Below, in pieces: positions 25,851 through 38,975 of a DNA stretch of 64,000 nt (the first letter of the stretch is position 1; every line of letters begins with the position of its first letter). Position numbers and translations under genes: made by a program. The DNA comes from Octopus sinensis (taxonomy: Eukaryota). The notes below the pieces were generated by a model. It saw nothing but the letters and a program-made list of their open reading frames with translations, was not told the DNA's origin and made no database searches. The DNA lies in the NCBI RefSeq assembly GCF_006345805.1, contig NC_043002.1:45322001-45386000 (forward strand), in the 5' to 3' direction.

Positions 25851-27144
25851 ACTGTGGCCTTCATTTTAATCGCTTCGCTTTAAATGCTCTAATGTGCTTC
25901 ATTAACGTTCCTAGTCACAAGTTATCTTCATAAATCTTTCACTTCTGCTATCTTAGCTTGAAGATCTTCAAAGATTTATTGCAGCAGTTACAAAATGAAC
26001 GTCTGTTTGAAACACGAAATCACTCTACCAATGACCTGCCGTAGTACAGGGGTACATCAGCGAAATATTGTGTGTAATGTTACATAATGCTGATTGCATG
26101 ACTGCGTGGTTAATAAGTTCATTTTGGAATTACATCGTTTCGGATTCGATCTCACCAAGTGTCATCTACGAACCGTTTTAGAACCCTTTAAAGGAACTGT
26201 TCCTCAACTTAGGTGTTACCTGTACTTTTGGATACCTTTAGAGGAGCCCTCTCTGCCACAAACATTCGGGGGATAGGTTTCCGGTTCCAGTTTGAAAATA
26301 TGTTCCTCCCTCCTTCCCTCCCACTAATGTCAGAGGCTCTAAAATAAAACGTAGGTGTTGCTTTTTTCTTGTTTAATTAAACCACTAAAAGAACGACCCC
26401 CGCACAGCAAAACCCACAATGATAACCGTAACTTTCAAACACAGAATAAATGAATAACTTCATCAAAGCAGAATTTACCGGAACGCCGGTAGAGGCCTGA
26501 TCAACCCAGTCTGATTTTGAAAAACCAGAAACATCAGATTAACGCATGTCATGTTACTGGCAATGTATTCCAGCTCATTGAGGAGATACACCTTGCACAT
26601 ATTTGTTGTTATTGTTTAGCTTGGGCAAAATTATAGTCGAAAATAATCAAGCCATGGCTACCCTATATAATTTTCGAAAATGCTCTATCCCGAACTGCGT
26701 TACCCTCAGGGTTCATTTTTTTTTCCACAGTAAGGAGCGTTTTGAGTGAGGGGTGACTGTTATTTCCGGAATGACAGTTTATATTATGTAGAAGCATCGT
26801 CGTTCGTTTTCTTTTTCTTATAATTAGACAGTACCGGAGCCGACATTTTTTTATTGCAATCGTCCGGGCAGAGAAGTGGGTCAGATGAAAGAAGTCGTCA
26901 CTCTTCAAATTTGGGGAAAACAGTCGTTAGATCCGCCAGAAGCGGATATCTGATTGAGACTTTTATCTTGAGCATTTTATTTTGATTGATTGTTGTAGAA
27001 AAGACATGTAATTTGCGTTTGTGAAAACATTGGTGGCAGTGCACAATAAACATCTATGGAACAGAAAGCATTAAACAGGACAGTCTCTTACTTACCGATC
27101 CTCAAGTCTTTGGATCTCAGTGACAAAAAGATAACTTTCCAAAC

Positions 27145-27604
<460 letters not shown>

Positions 27605-28570
27605 GCTGTCAACCGTTTGCCTGCAAACTGTAAGCAGTCGCACGACTGGTAGCAATTCACTGGGTGTAATAAGCAAACATATTCATATGCTTTTATGTCT
27701 GTAGAAGGGATTAATTACTTAAGTGAATGTAGTTTATCAAGATCTGGTTTTGCATTTTGGAAACATCATATCCCAGAAGCGTAGTAGCACATTCAGCGAT
27801 TATAAATTTCAAGTCATTGATCGTAAGACGAATGACATGGAGCTGCTGAGGAAGTTCGCTGGATTAGCATTATGCTTCTGTTTTGCGTTTCCACACATTG
27901 TCACATTATATAAGAAAACGTTACCTGAGAATTAACTTTTAGATCAGATTATCAATTATTCTTTGGAAACAGGCCGCACCGTTTGTAACACTAAGTCAAA
28001 ACTGACTGAAAAAGCTTTCAGGTTTCGAACAAAGAGAAACGTTTTCCATCATCTCTGATCCACTCTTTCTTGTAGACGATCTTCTGATGAAGTGACAGAA
28101 AAAAATCATATTGAACAATTTTCTTGATCATGTTTTCTAGTCTAAGATATGCATCTAAGAGTGTATAACGGTTTATTGTTCGACGATTTCATTCATTGAC
28201 CATTTTCTTGTGTCGTTACTTAGATGTGACTTGGACTTGAATTAACAAAGGTATACAGACAGATCGATATTTTCTTCTTTTAATTGGCGTTGATTTGAAA
28301 ACTAGTGATTAGTTTGCATAAAAGTGAGCGCCAAACGAGCAAAACGTACAGGAGGATCCATGGGTGCAATGAGCAAGCCACATAATGTAAAAAGTACTTT
28401 GTTGTAGTTAAAAGAAATCAAAACTTTACAGTGTTGGTTTAGAAAATCATGTCCAAGCAAAACATCGCCATAAAGATGTGATAGTACAGAAACTTTGATA
28501 TTACTGTGCATAGTGTCTTCGAACGCAAGACATCCATAACAATGTCTTAGTGTGATAATTATCACATATG

Positions 28571-28820
28571 AGTGGTTGTATACTGTCAACTTAACGTGAC
28601 AGTCCCGTAAAGGGAATCACACCGCCGCTATTTAGCCCTAGGAAGCATCGACGCTTTCTGTCGGCTTTGACACATTTCCTGTGTCCTTATATTTGCGAAG
28701 GGGAGACAAGCACCTCCACCAGCTAGGGCCTGCACCTAGAGACATGCATGTTTTTGTGTCTTGCTCGTCATCAGTCTTGGGTAGTAAGGCCCGCTAGTTC
28801 AGATGTTTGCCAAACCTTCG

Positions 28821-28864
<44 letters not shown>

Positions 28865-29043
28865 AATATCTCGGAGGAAATGTATCAAAGTCGACAGGAA
28901 GCGTTGATGCTTCCTAGGGCTAAATAGCGGTGTGTGATTCCCTTTACGGGACTGTCATGTTAAGTTGACAGTATACGACCACTCTATCGCTTCACCACCG
29001 CTCATATCTCTCCGAGATATTTAGAAATTTAATATTTCTAAAA
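28571..29043. mobile_element. Penelope-derived inverted-repeat element inserted in the Gypsy protease
   Basis: ~110-bp inverted repeats (28570-28680 / 28876-28984). 11-bp TSD TATCACATATG at 28560-28570 and 29044-29054 splits the protease between MASTYVI and IITLRHCYG. Carries an internal hammerhead motif. Confidence 0.75.
28735..28780 (-). ncRNA. Degenerate minimal type I hammerhead ribozyme motif
   Basis: Minus strand CCAAGA-CTGATGA-CGAG-CAAGA-CAC-AAAAAC-ATGCAT-GTC-TCTAGG: core, palindromic stem III (ACATGCATGT), GUC triplet and stem I are all present. GAAA reads AAAA and stem II has one mismatch. Confidence 0.65.
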
Positions 29044-29989
29044 TATCACATATGTAGATGCCATAAATATATGACATTTAAAATTAAGACATTTAATAAC
29101 AGTGTCAAACATATGGAACTGACTGCTTGTATCAATAAGAGCTTGTAGGGGAATGCCATCGACTAGTACGCAAATAATCATCCTTTGGATACAAGGATAA
29201 ATAATGCTTGTGATGGAAAATAGAGGGAAATAACAGAAAATTAATATCAGAATACAAAGGTGCTTTTGCATATTCTTTGGAAGTGCACATTTTGCCGTAG
29301 GATTTGCATATGGAAATGTGTACTGGACATTTGTATCGAAGATGCAGAGTTCGGCCTCAAAAATAAGACGAGAAGGGAGATGCAACAACCAGATCATTCT
29401 CTTTGTTGATAGTGAAGTTTAATTGTTCTCCTTGGGTTGGCACAGTGGTGCAGGCTTCCGGCATTATGACGAATTAGTAATGCGATGGTTATTCTTGTAC
29501 GAGTTTTAGCATTGAACGTGATAAAGAGTAGTCTGTAAGTCTATAAACTAATATTTCAAGAGAGGCTAGTGAATATAAGGAGGTCTTAAACGTCTGATCA
29601 AAAGTATCATGGATTAACTCATCTCTGTGCACCTCAACGACACTGCATGGCAATCGCATATTTTTAGCTCCGAAGCTAAATCAAGATTCTCGCCAGGTTT
29701 TGTTAGGCAATTGCCAGTGACGTGCAAAGACATCATCCTTTGGTTTTTCATATAGTTTTATGAGAAGAATGTTGGCGTCTTTCCCTGTTTTGCATTCACA
29801 TATATAATAGCGCCAGTTGCCAACATATAATTCATAAGGATTTAACTATATTAAGTTCTTTGATAGATGAGAGAAACATTGAAAAGGTTCTGTACCAACA
29901 AAACTATTGCATCAAGGCAACATTTGCACTGACGTCAACGTCAAGAACATTTGATGGAAGACACTACTTCATTTGTGTATACAGTATAT

Positions 29990-30158
29990 TGTTGTATATC
30001 AAAGATTAAGCACAGAGCAACGAAGTCATAATTATCGAAAAACATATCTTACAAGAAAAGCTTTGAGGCTGTAAAGAAGAGCAATACATGCTGAAACAAA
30101 AGAATAGCACAGTGAGTTAACAAGTGTGAATAGAAAAGGCAACTAAACATACTCAACA
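29990..30158 (-). mobile_element. Candidate 5' LTR of the Gypsy element
   Basis: 169 bp bounded by TGTTG...CAACA on the minus strand, 17 nt before the gag ATG. I could not find a matching 3' LTR. Confidence 0.4.
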
Positions 30159-31605
30159 GCGCAGACATCGATTAATAAAGATACAGAAGAAAAATACAGT
30201 TTCTGTTTTTGTCAAGATGCTTATTTTTAGATGGTAGGCATGAGTTATTCCTCTTGAATATCGAGAGCTTTTATTGTAAATATATAAATCAAAAGTAGGT
30301 CGAAACAGAAAAGAAAAGGATCTTTTATGTATGAAGAGTAAAGATTTATAGAAATAAAAGCATCAACCGTTGAAGAAAGAATAAAAGATAGAGCAAGAGA
30401 TCAAAGGGAGGTAAGAAAAATAAACGAATATGGCGCATGCATATACATATATTTACATATACTATGAGATTAGCTGGGAGCTAATCATGTGAAGGTAAGT
30501 CTAATAGACATGCCATAGTCATGATGGTGCTTTTATGTTTCAATGAGGAGTCGATGGTCTTCTCAAGGCAAAGCAAAATAGAGAATATAGTTACACAATC
30601 TTTTGCTTGAACTTCCCTTCAGTTATTCCTATATATAGTTTACGTATCAAATTTGATTTTATAGAGATACCCTCTGCTTCATGATTTATGGCAACTGCAT
30701 TGAAAAGTTTTAGCGTGTGCATTGGTGCATGTGTATGAGAATGATGTCAGTTTTCTTATGGAACTCATGTTTTTCACATTTGTGATTCAACTATAACTTA
30801 AATTAATGCCTGTTAAAACTACACATTTTCAAAGTTTTAAGGGAATGGGGGATTCCTGCAAACATAGAGAACATAGTATATTAGATAAGAAAACTAAGTC
30901 CACACATGCTCACGCAGAAACACCATCACATACTCACTAACTTGGTTTTTCAACGAAGAAACCTTATATTATTAAGTATTAGTTTATTTCGAAATTTGAG
31001 ATTTAAAGTAGCAATTGGTGCGACATTTTCAGTTAGTTTGTCATTCTTGTTCTTTGTTAAATCACATTTAAATGTTGTAATTCACCAGACATGAAACAAA
31101 AACGCTAGAACAAATGGTATTTAAAAATGCAACAATTCCGAAGTTCTTGAAACAAAATTTTATTTTCAACTTACCTATTTGTTGTCTGAAATAGGATGCA
31201 TATTAAGATGCTTTGTTAAAATGTAATTTACATGTAAAATTTATTTTTATATGTATATATATATATAACTTAGGGTATCTACGAGATACCGCCATGCTGA
31301 AAATAGCAGCCAGGATCTGACTCTAAAACCACCTTAAGTGTTCATACAGCACAAGGAGAGAATACAAAAAGACAAAATAAAACTAGTAAAAAATTACTGG
31401 ATAACTCCAGATCCCGGATTTCTGACTTTGCATTTAGAAATACTTTGCCTCATCAGTGGAATATACGCAGAGAGAAACATAAATACATATATATATAAAT
31501 ACAACATACGAATACTTACATATACGAACGTATACATAGATATATATATATGCACGTATGCATCATGACCAGTTTAAAATGCCCGCTTCTTAATTCCATG
31601 TGGTG

Positions 31606-31642
<37 letters not shown>

Positions 31643-31665
31643 ATATGTATATATGTATATATATA

Positions 31666-31717
<52 letters not shown>

Positions 31718-33057
31718 ATATATATATACTCGCTTTCTTGGCAAAGATCTTTCTTTTTCTCCGTTTCATTAAAGTTGTTTATTATTTGTAGATGCATACA
31801 CAAATTGATTGCATCGGGAATTAATACATTTCAGGGGCAAGCTTTGACTCTTTAATTATTGCTTCCTTTTTTTAGGGTGTAATTAATGTGCATGAGCACA
31901 TGTGAAATCTGTTAATTTTTGAAGACGGTTGAGATTTTAGATTTCTTTTTTTATATTCGGATGTTTGTCTCTTGTGCAGTTTAGAGTGATAAGTTGTAAA
32001 AATTTAAGCATAATTTTACATGTCTCCTTTTGATATTTAATGTATGTGGTCTTCTTATTTCGGTTATTTCTGAAATTTCGAACGAAGAGAGACGCCAACG
32101 TATGTTATATCAACCAAATTATCAAGTCACTTTATCCCAACTTAACATCGTGACTTGAAAGAAAAGTACTTAAATCAATTGCAAATTTGACAACTTATCG
32201 GCATTTAGTTTATGATGATAAATACTAAGAAACCGAAGACAATTCTACGCTGTTATACTCTCCCAACGACCAATATTCCGTCTAATTTTTGCTGTGGCTA
32301 TGCACAGAAATTTACTTGAGGGAAAATTTTGACTTCCTTTGCAAAGTATGTATACATCCATGCGGGTAACCATTTTCAATTTAAAAGATTCAATTTCATC
32401 TTAAAAACTCTGTATGCAGACATTTTCCCCTTTGTGTGCATGCGCATAAAGCGTACAGTGTAGCAGGAAAATAGTGCCTACAACCTTCTTCCAAATATAA
32501 TTTATTATAATTCACAAAGTGGAATAAATTATTTTATGCCGTGAGGAAGAGAAGTTTAACATTTTCGATAGATTCCGTTATCGGATATAGAGATGAAGGA
32601 TTCAGCCGTAACGCTGGTTTTCTACTTTTCTTCAGACCAAAATAATCTATTTGCACATCATGTATTTTTCATTATTTTCTTTTTTTTCTTTTTGTATTTA
32701 CAATTTGCAAATGTAAAGGCAGGTGGACAGAGGCTTGAACAAGTAAAAAAAACTTCAAAGATTTAAAGCAAATAATAAATCAGAAAGATTACTGTGAAGA
32801 AGGTACTCGAATAATAAATAAAAGGAAAACAGAAGAGTGAAGATCTTCAGCTCAAAAAACATTACGCTGCACTTAAAATTGAGGCTAGTAAACTGTCATA
32901 TCATTCCAATAGTCCTCTACAGGACAGAAACTCGAACAGTGTACACAGCTATAGAACAGAATATGACTTTTGCACAGGTCTTTTTTTTGCTGTCCTTTTT
33001 TTTTTTTTGCTTTTAGTATTTTTCCTCTGATATCTAATTCTTCTCTGCAATACTCTT

Positions 33058-33269
33058 TTACTTGTTTCAGTCATTTGGCTGTGGCCATGCTGGAGCACCG
33101 CCTTTAGTCGAGCAAATCGACCCCGGGACTTATTCTTTGTAAGCCTAGTACTTATTCTATCGGTCTCTTTTGCCGAACCGCTAAGTTACGGGGACGTAAA
33201 CACACCAGCATCGGTTGTCAAGTGATGTTGGGAGGACAAACACAGACACACAAACGTATACACACACAT

Positions 33270-33310
<41 letters not shown>
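33058..33310 (-). mobile_element. SINE family B 3' half, truncated in the microsatellite
   Basis: Identity to 58421-58620. Confidence 0.88.
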
Positions 33311-33314
<4 letters not shown>

Positions 33315-34151
33315 AATGTGCATTTTATCTAAAGGGGTCTTGTCTCCAAGGTTGTTTTCCACGAACCAATCCTAATGTTTACGATAGAAGCAATCAGCAT
33401 TTCCAAGGAAATAGATTACGGTGCTTCTTTGATACTTCTCCGCGATCCTTTGACATTTTCCCGTTATATTGACAGAGATACGTCTAATTCATCTAAGAGC
33501 TCACGTTCCTTATCCTCAATCTTAAGTGACTTGACATATATTTAATAGCTTTGATATTTTGATGTTGTCTGAACATTTTGAAAGATATTTTACAGTGCAA
33601 CAAATTGATCGAACAGCCACCAAGTGGTATGGAATAAATAAGTGAAAAAACATCTTTTTTTATTTTTGCTTTCTGGTGACAATGTAATCAATGAAATACT
33701 GGATCTAATTTATTTTATGTGTATTTTTGTATTTTGTTACCGTAAGCAGTGTGTTTATGGCAGACAGGTCAAATTCATTACAAAAAAACAACATTAGTTT
33801 TCATTTTGCCTACACTGCGCTTACCAGTTAGACTAGACTAAGTATCAGAAATGAATCCTAGCTCGACAATAAAGTCACTTATTAGCAGTGTAATATCAAT
33901 ATGGGGAACTTTGGGGATGACAGGACGTACAACAATAATTCTCAAATAATATCCATTCGGTATCCTTCATCCAAGACAAAGCAGGTTTTTTGCAAACAAA
34001 CCATGCTTCCGTCGAACTTCTGGTTCTAGCTACAAAAATTGACTAACCACTTAAATGCAGCAATCTAAAAACCAGAAAATTAGTATGTAATTTTTAGAGC
34101 TCCTTATATTCTCGTATTCGTTCGACGAAAGCAGTGCTATATTTGCAGTAC

Positions 34152-34482
34152 GGTGCATGGCTCAGTGGTTAGAGCGTCGAGCTTACGATCGTGAGGTTGT
34201 GAGCTCGAATCCCGGACCGGGCTGCATGTTGTGTTCTTGAGCAAGACACTTCATTTCACGTTGCTCCAGTTAACTCAGCTGTAGAAATGAGTTGTGACGT
34301 CATGAGTGCCAAGCTGTATCGGCTGCAGCCTTTCCCTTGGATAACACTGGTGGCGTGGAGAAGAGAGGTCGGTATGCATGGGCGACTGCTGGTCTTCCAT
34401 AAACTACCTTGCGCAGACTTGTGACTAGGAGGGTAACTTTCTATGTGCAAGCCCATGGTCAGTGTCGTGACCGAAGGGGGTC
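34152..34482 (+). mobile_element. tRNA-headed SINE family D
   Basis: A box TGGCTCAGTGG, B box GAGCTCGAATCC, then the TTGTGTTCTTGAGCAAGACAC central domain and a distinct tail. Confidence 0.85.
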
Positions 34483-35177
34483 CCGATTTGCAGTGACATA
34501 CTTCGTCATAGATGGAGGACATGGACTGGATATATACTCGTAATTGTTTTTATAACAGACTTGCCAGTGCAAAGTTCTAACAAAGGACTCGTAGTAGTGT
34601 CAGCAACCTGTGTTTATCTCTATCTTCCCATCCTCAATATGCTCGTTTACAAATGAATATTTTAAAAGTTTGAAATGCACAAATGTATTTGAAATGCTTT
34701 AAATGAACGAATATTTTTTAAATGTATCAAATGTGCAGAGTATCAAAATTTATTTTTAAGTACAAATGCTGCATTAAAACGCTGCAACAGGGTGAATATA
34801 TTCCACAGATATGTATACATTTGAAATAATTCTCAAATAGAATCATCCTTGAATAACAGAAACAGACCATCCGACAGATTTCCTGTTTCCGTCTGCTTAA
34901 TTTAACTCAAAAGATTCTGATCGATCCGAGTATATGGTAGAGACGCTTGCCGAAACCCAAGATGTTATGCAATTGAATCGAACCCAAGGCTTCATCGTTG
35001 CGAAGTAAACAAACTTCTCAACTTAAACTGCCTCGAAAATATGTGTATGTATGTATGCATGTACTTATATGTGTTTACATGCGTGTGTATGTATATGTCC
35101 GTGTGCGTTCTTGCGTGGGGCGGGGGAGGGTAACATGTTCATGCCAGTCGGAAATTAATATTCTATTCAAGTGTAGA

Positions 35178-35633
35178 GCAGCGAGCTGGCAGAATCGTTA
35201 TCACACCGGGAAAAATGCTTAGCAGCAATTCGTCCGTCTTTAACGTTCTAAGTTCAAATTCCACCCAGATCCTATTTCTTTATTACCCACAGAGGGGACA
35301 AACAAGGACAGACATAGGTATTAAGTCGATTATATCGACCCCAGTGCTTAACTGGTAGTTAATTTATCGACCCCGAAAGGATGAAAGGCAAAGTCGACCT
35401 CGGCGGAATTTGAACTCACAACGTAACGACAGACGAAATACGGCTACGCATTTCGCCCGGCGTGCTAACGTCTCTGCCAGCTCGCCGCCGATCTTCCACC
35501 CAGATCCGATTTGCCTTTCACCCTTTCGGGGTCGATAAAATAAGTACCAGTCGAGCACTAGGGTGAGGTCGATATAATTAACTTACCCCTACCCCGAACT
35601 TTCTGGTTCTATGCCAAAATTTGAAACCGATAT
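35178..35633 (+). mobile_element. SINE family A carrying a nested inverted family A copy (35273-35493)
   Basis: The inner copy is flanked by the 14-bp duplication TTCCACCCAGATCC at 35259-35272 and 35494-35507. Confidence 0.9.
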
Positions 35634-36049
35634 TATGTTTTAGTGTGCAATACACATTTTAGCATAAATTTTCGTTTTTCTTAATCTTTGCATTTTTTAA
35701 AAATATTTTCTGTTTTGCGTGTATGTAATGCTGCGTGCAAATCCATTTCTTTTTTACATAAATAATTGATATTTGTCACTTTGCTACAATCGTAGTTGAG
35801 ATCATATCATTTTCAGGTGTTGTTGTTTTTTGTTTGTTTGTTTTTTACTTCCCTGTCTCTGGTGTAATTTCGATTGATACGTTGTAAACATACAAATATA
35901 ATTATACGCCTCTGTTCAATTACACTATGTGTTCTCCCTATTTCAGTTGATTTCCATAAAGCTGAAATTTTCGTGTGAAGGGAAATAGCAAAGTACATTG
36001 TATGAACAAAATTAACAAATAATACGATTTCAAAAAAAAATAAGTAAAC

Positions 36050-36882
36050 GGTGCCGGTATAGTATGTGATCTACATACATATTTCTGGTTTAGGTTGTGA
36101 TCTACATCAGTTCAAATAGTATAGTTTGTGATCTACACCGACTTTTTGATCTACATTTAAAATTCATCTATTTGCTCGACTTTTAGTCCTGAGCCCATTG
36201 AAAGAAGTCGTGATGAGAGCAAAAGAATTTTATACACAGGTTATTCGAGATGAGGAAGTTACAGTATTCATGTTTCTAGTATGAAATAAAAATCAATAAA
36301 AATTTTTCGGATCTTTTCGGTTTGAACGGCAGTTTTTTCTAGCGGTGTCATATGAAATTGTCACCAATAATTATGACCCTAGTATCGATCTATTGCATTT
36401 CAATCTGTTTTAGGGTTAGGGGTGGGGGAAGGGTATCTTTTTTTTTTCAGAAATGTAAATAAACCCAATCTGTTTCTTAAACGAGGGACATATTCATACG
36501 GCACGGAATGTTTTTTACCTCAATAGACATCAGTAATTGGTTGAAATTGCAGAAATTGAAGAAAAAAAATAACAAATATCTTACAAACTATGGAATTTTC
36601 TCAATAAAGCCAAGAGAAAAATATGTTTTATAAACACATTCTACCAGTATACGAAGTTTAAAATTTTTTAGTTACCTAGAAATTATGTTAAAAACTGCCG
36701 TTCAAATCGAAAAGATCCCTAGTATGAAATAAAAATCAATAAAAGTTTTTCTTTTTCTCTTATTTTCTAAATGTTTAACTCACTCCTCTAATTATAATTG
36801 CAAATTTATGACAAAATTTTGAATGTAGATCAGAAGCTAGTCTATATTTAAGATGTTGTAGATCACATGCTACACCGGAACC
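36050..36882. mobile_element. TIR element (MITE) with subterminal GATCTACA repeats
   Basis: 26-bp TIRs at 36050-36075 and 36857-36882 (3 mismatches). 8-bp flanks AAGTAAAC / AAATAAAC. GATCTACA occurs x4 on the left and inverted x2 on the right. Confidence 0.75.
36309..36718. mobile_element. GGATCTTTTC-TIR element nested in the previous MITE, flanked by a 33-bp duplication
   Basis: ~27-bp TIRs; right arm homologous to the arms of 49205-50130; direct repeats at 36276-36308 and 36719-36751 (1 mismatch). Confidence 0.85.
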
Positions 36883-37299
36883 AAATAAACATATCTTAGA
36901 CCAATTATGCAACTTAACAATTTATCAGCATTTAGATTAAAGACACCGAAGATAATTCCACGCTGTTATTTATTCCTAATAGCCTTCTTCTGTTAAGTAA
37001 TGTATAATTCACGAAGTGGAATGGACCGTTTTTTGCCGGGAGGAAGAAGAGACATTTAGAGTTTGTAACAGACAACGTTGGACTTGTAGTTTTCTTCACG
37101 GTAACATAACCTATTCTCCTTTTGGATTCGTTTTTTTTTTTTTTTTTGTCTTTTTTCTCTTTGTTTTGTTTTGTTTTCAGTGTCTGCTTTAAAGTAACAA
37201 AGATTTAAGTTACTAAGAAACTCTGTTTAAACTGACAATTTTCTTGTTTGATTTTGTCATCATACATCATACATAGAAAATGGTTTATTTCTATCACGC

Positions 37300-37700
37300 T
37301 TGGCAAAATTTTTAGCAACATTTCGCCCGTCTTTGCGTTCTGAGTTCAAATTCCACCGAGGTCGACTTTGCTTTCATCCTTTTGAGTTGATAAAATAAGT
37401 AGCAGTTGAACACCGAAGTGGATGTAATCGACTTACCCACCCACCTCCGAAATTGCTGGTCTTATGTCAATTGTAGAAAGGAACGTCACCAAAGACGGTA
37501 AGGGGCGAGCTGGTAGAATCGTTAACGCCCCGGGCAAAATGTTTAGCTGCATTTCATTCATCTATATGTTCTGAGTTCAAATTCCAGCCAGGTCGGCTTT
37601 ACCTATCATCCTTTCGGAGTTGAATACTGGGGTCGATGTAACTGACTTAACCCCTTCCCGACATTACTGACCTTGTATCAAAATTTGAAAACCGATATTA
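37300..37700 (+). mobile_element. Two tandem diverged family A SINEs
   Basis: Two GTTCTGAGTTCAAATTCC cores, at about 37338 and 37568. Confidence 0.8.
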
Positions 37701-38224
37701 CTATAAAATTTTAAAATTTCTATGTAAAGCTAAATCGACAAATTCATTAGGAAAGAGTCAATAGCGTTATAGAGTAGCATTATATAATTGATTAGCATAA
37801 ATCAAAAATTCTGTTTCCTTAAAAGACATTCCTAATATCTTCCAACTTCCATATAATTTGCATATTTGTATAAACAAGTTGATTTTCAAAATAGATATAT
37901 AAATCATAAGGTTCAATACTATTGTTTCGTTGACAGATCGTGATTTTTCTTTGTTTTATTCGGTTTTTGTTTCTTTTGTTGCTCTCAATGTCTAGCGAAT
38001 ATCAAGATATCGCCAAACTACAGCAAATACCTCTGGAGCATTAACTCTTTGTTATTCAGATCCAAAAAGAAGAGAGGCTTAATTTATGGCGAAATATATA
38101 TTCCAGTACAAAAAGACTTGGTCACCCAACAAAAAAATCAATACCAACACAACTACCTTCAGGCATTTGAATTTCTTGTGTAACGTGAAAATGGAGTCCC
38201 ACCACCACCACCACCACCTTTTTC

Positions 38225-38669
38225 GAACGTGGTTATGTGGTAAGAAGTTTGCTTCCAAACATATGTTCCAGTTTCAGTCCCAATGTTTGGTATTTTGGAC
38301 TAGTGTCTTCTACTATAGCCCCCGACCGACCAAAAGACTTGTGAGTGGATTTTGTAGACAGAAATACTCTGCTTGTTTCTTCCAGCAATGGCTCTGACAA
38401 AAGTAGCATTAATTGTCTTAGGTCGTTCAATTTACTTTAATTGATAAATAGACCAACTGAGTAAACCTATCAGGAATGCACCTATAATGACTACTGGAAA
38501 CAGCTGTAAGCCAAATTTGGTCTAATTAGGGAATTATATGTAATGACCATTATTTTTAACTTGTTTCTTATATGCGTGTGTGTTTGTGTATGTGTGTGTG
38601 TATGTATACATATATATATATATATATATACATATGTGTGTGTGCATATATATATATATTCATACACAC

Positions 38670-38739
<70 letters not shown>

Positions 38740-38749
38740 TTATACATAC

Positions 38750-38785
<36 letters not shown>

Positions 38786-38975
38786 ATCAATAAATGGATT
38801 TATATATGTGTGTGTGTGTGTGTGTGTCTTTATGTTTGTGTATGTCCTCCACCATGCTGGACAACCAGTGTTGGCTTATTTACATCCCCGTAATTCAACG
38901 GTTCGGCAAAAAGGGACCAAAAGAAATAAGCCAGGCTTTAAAGAAACAAGTACTGGGGTTGATTTGTTTGACTAA
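38225..38975 (+). mobile_element. Old family B SINE in two halves with a large compound microsatellite
   Basis: 5' half at about 38225-38370, (TG)n/(TA)n at 38570-38825, 3' half to about 38975. Confidence 0.7.

Noticed and set aside
26663-26960. Plus-strand exon-like frames (DCYFRND..., STGADIFYCNRPG...)
   Set aside because: They lie next to or within the Gypsy 3' region, have in-frame stops, and show no recognisable domain.
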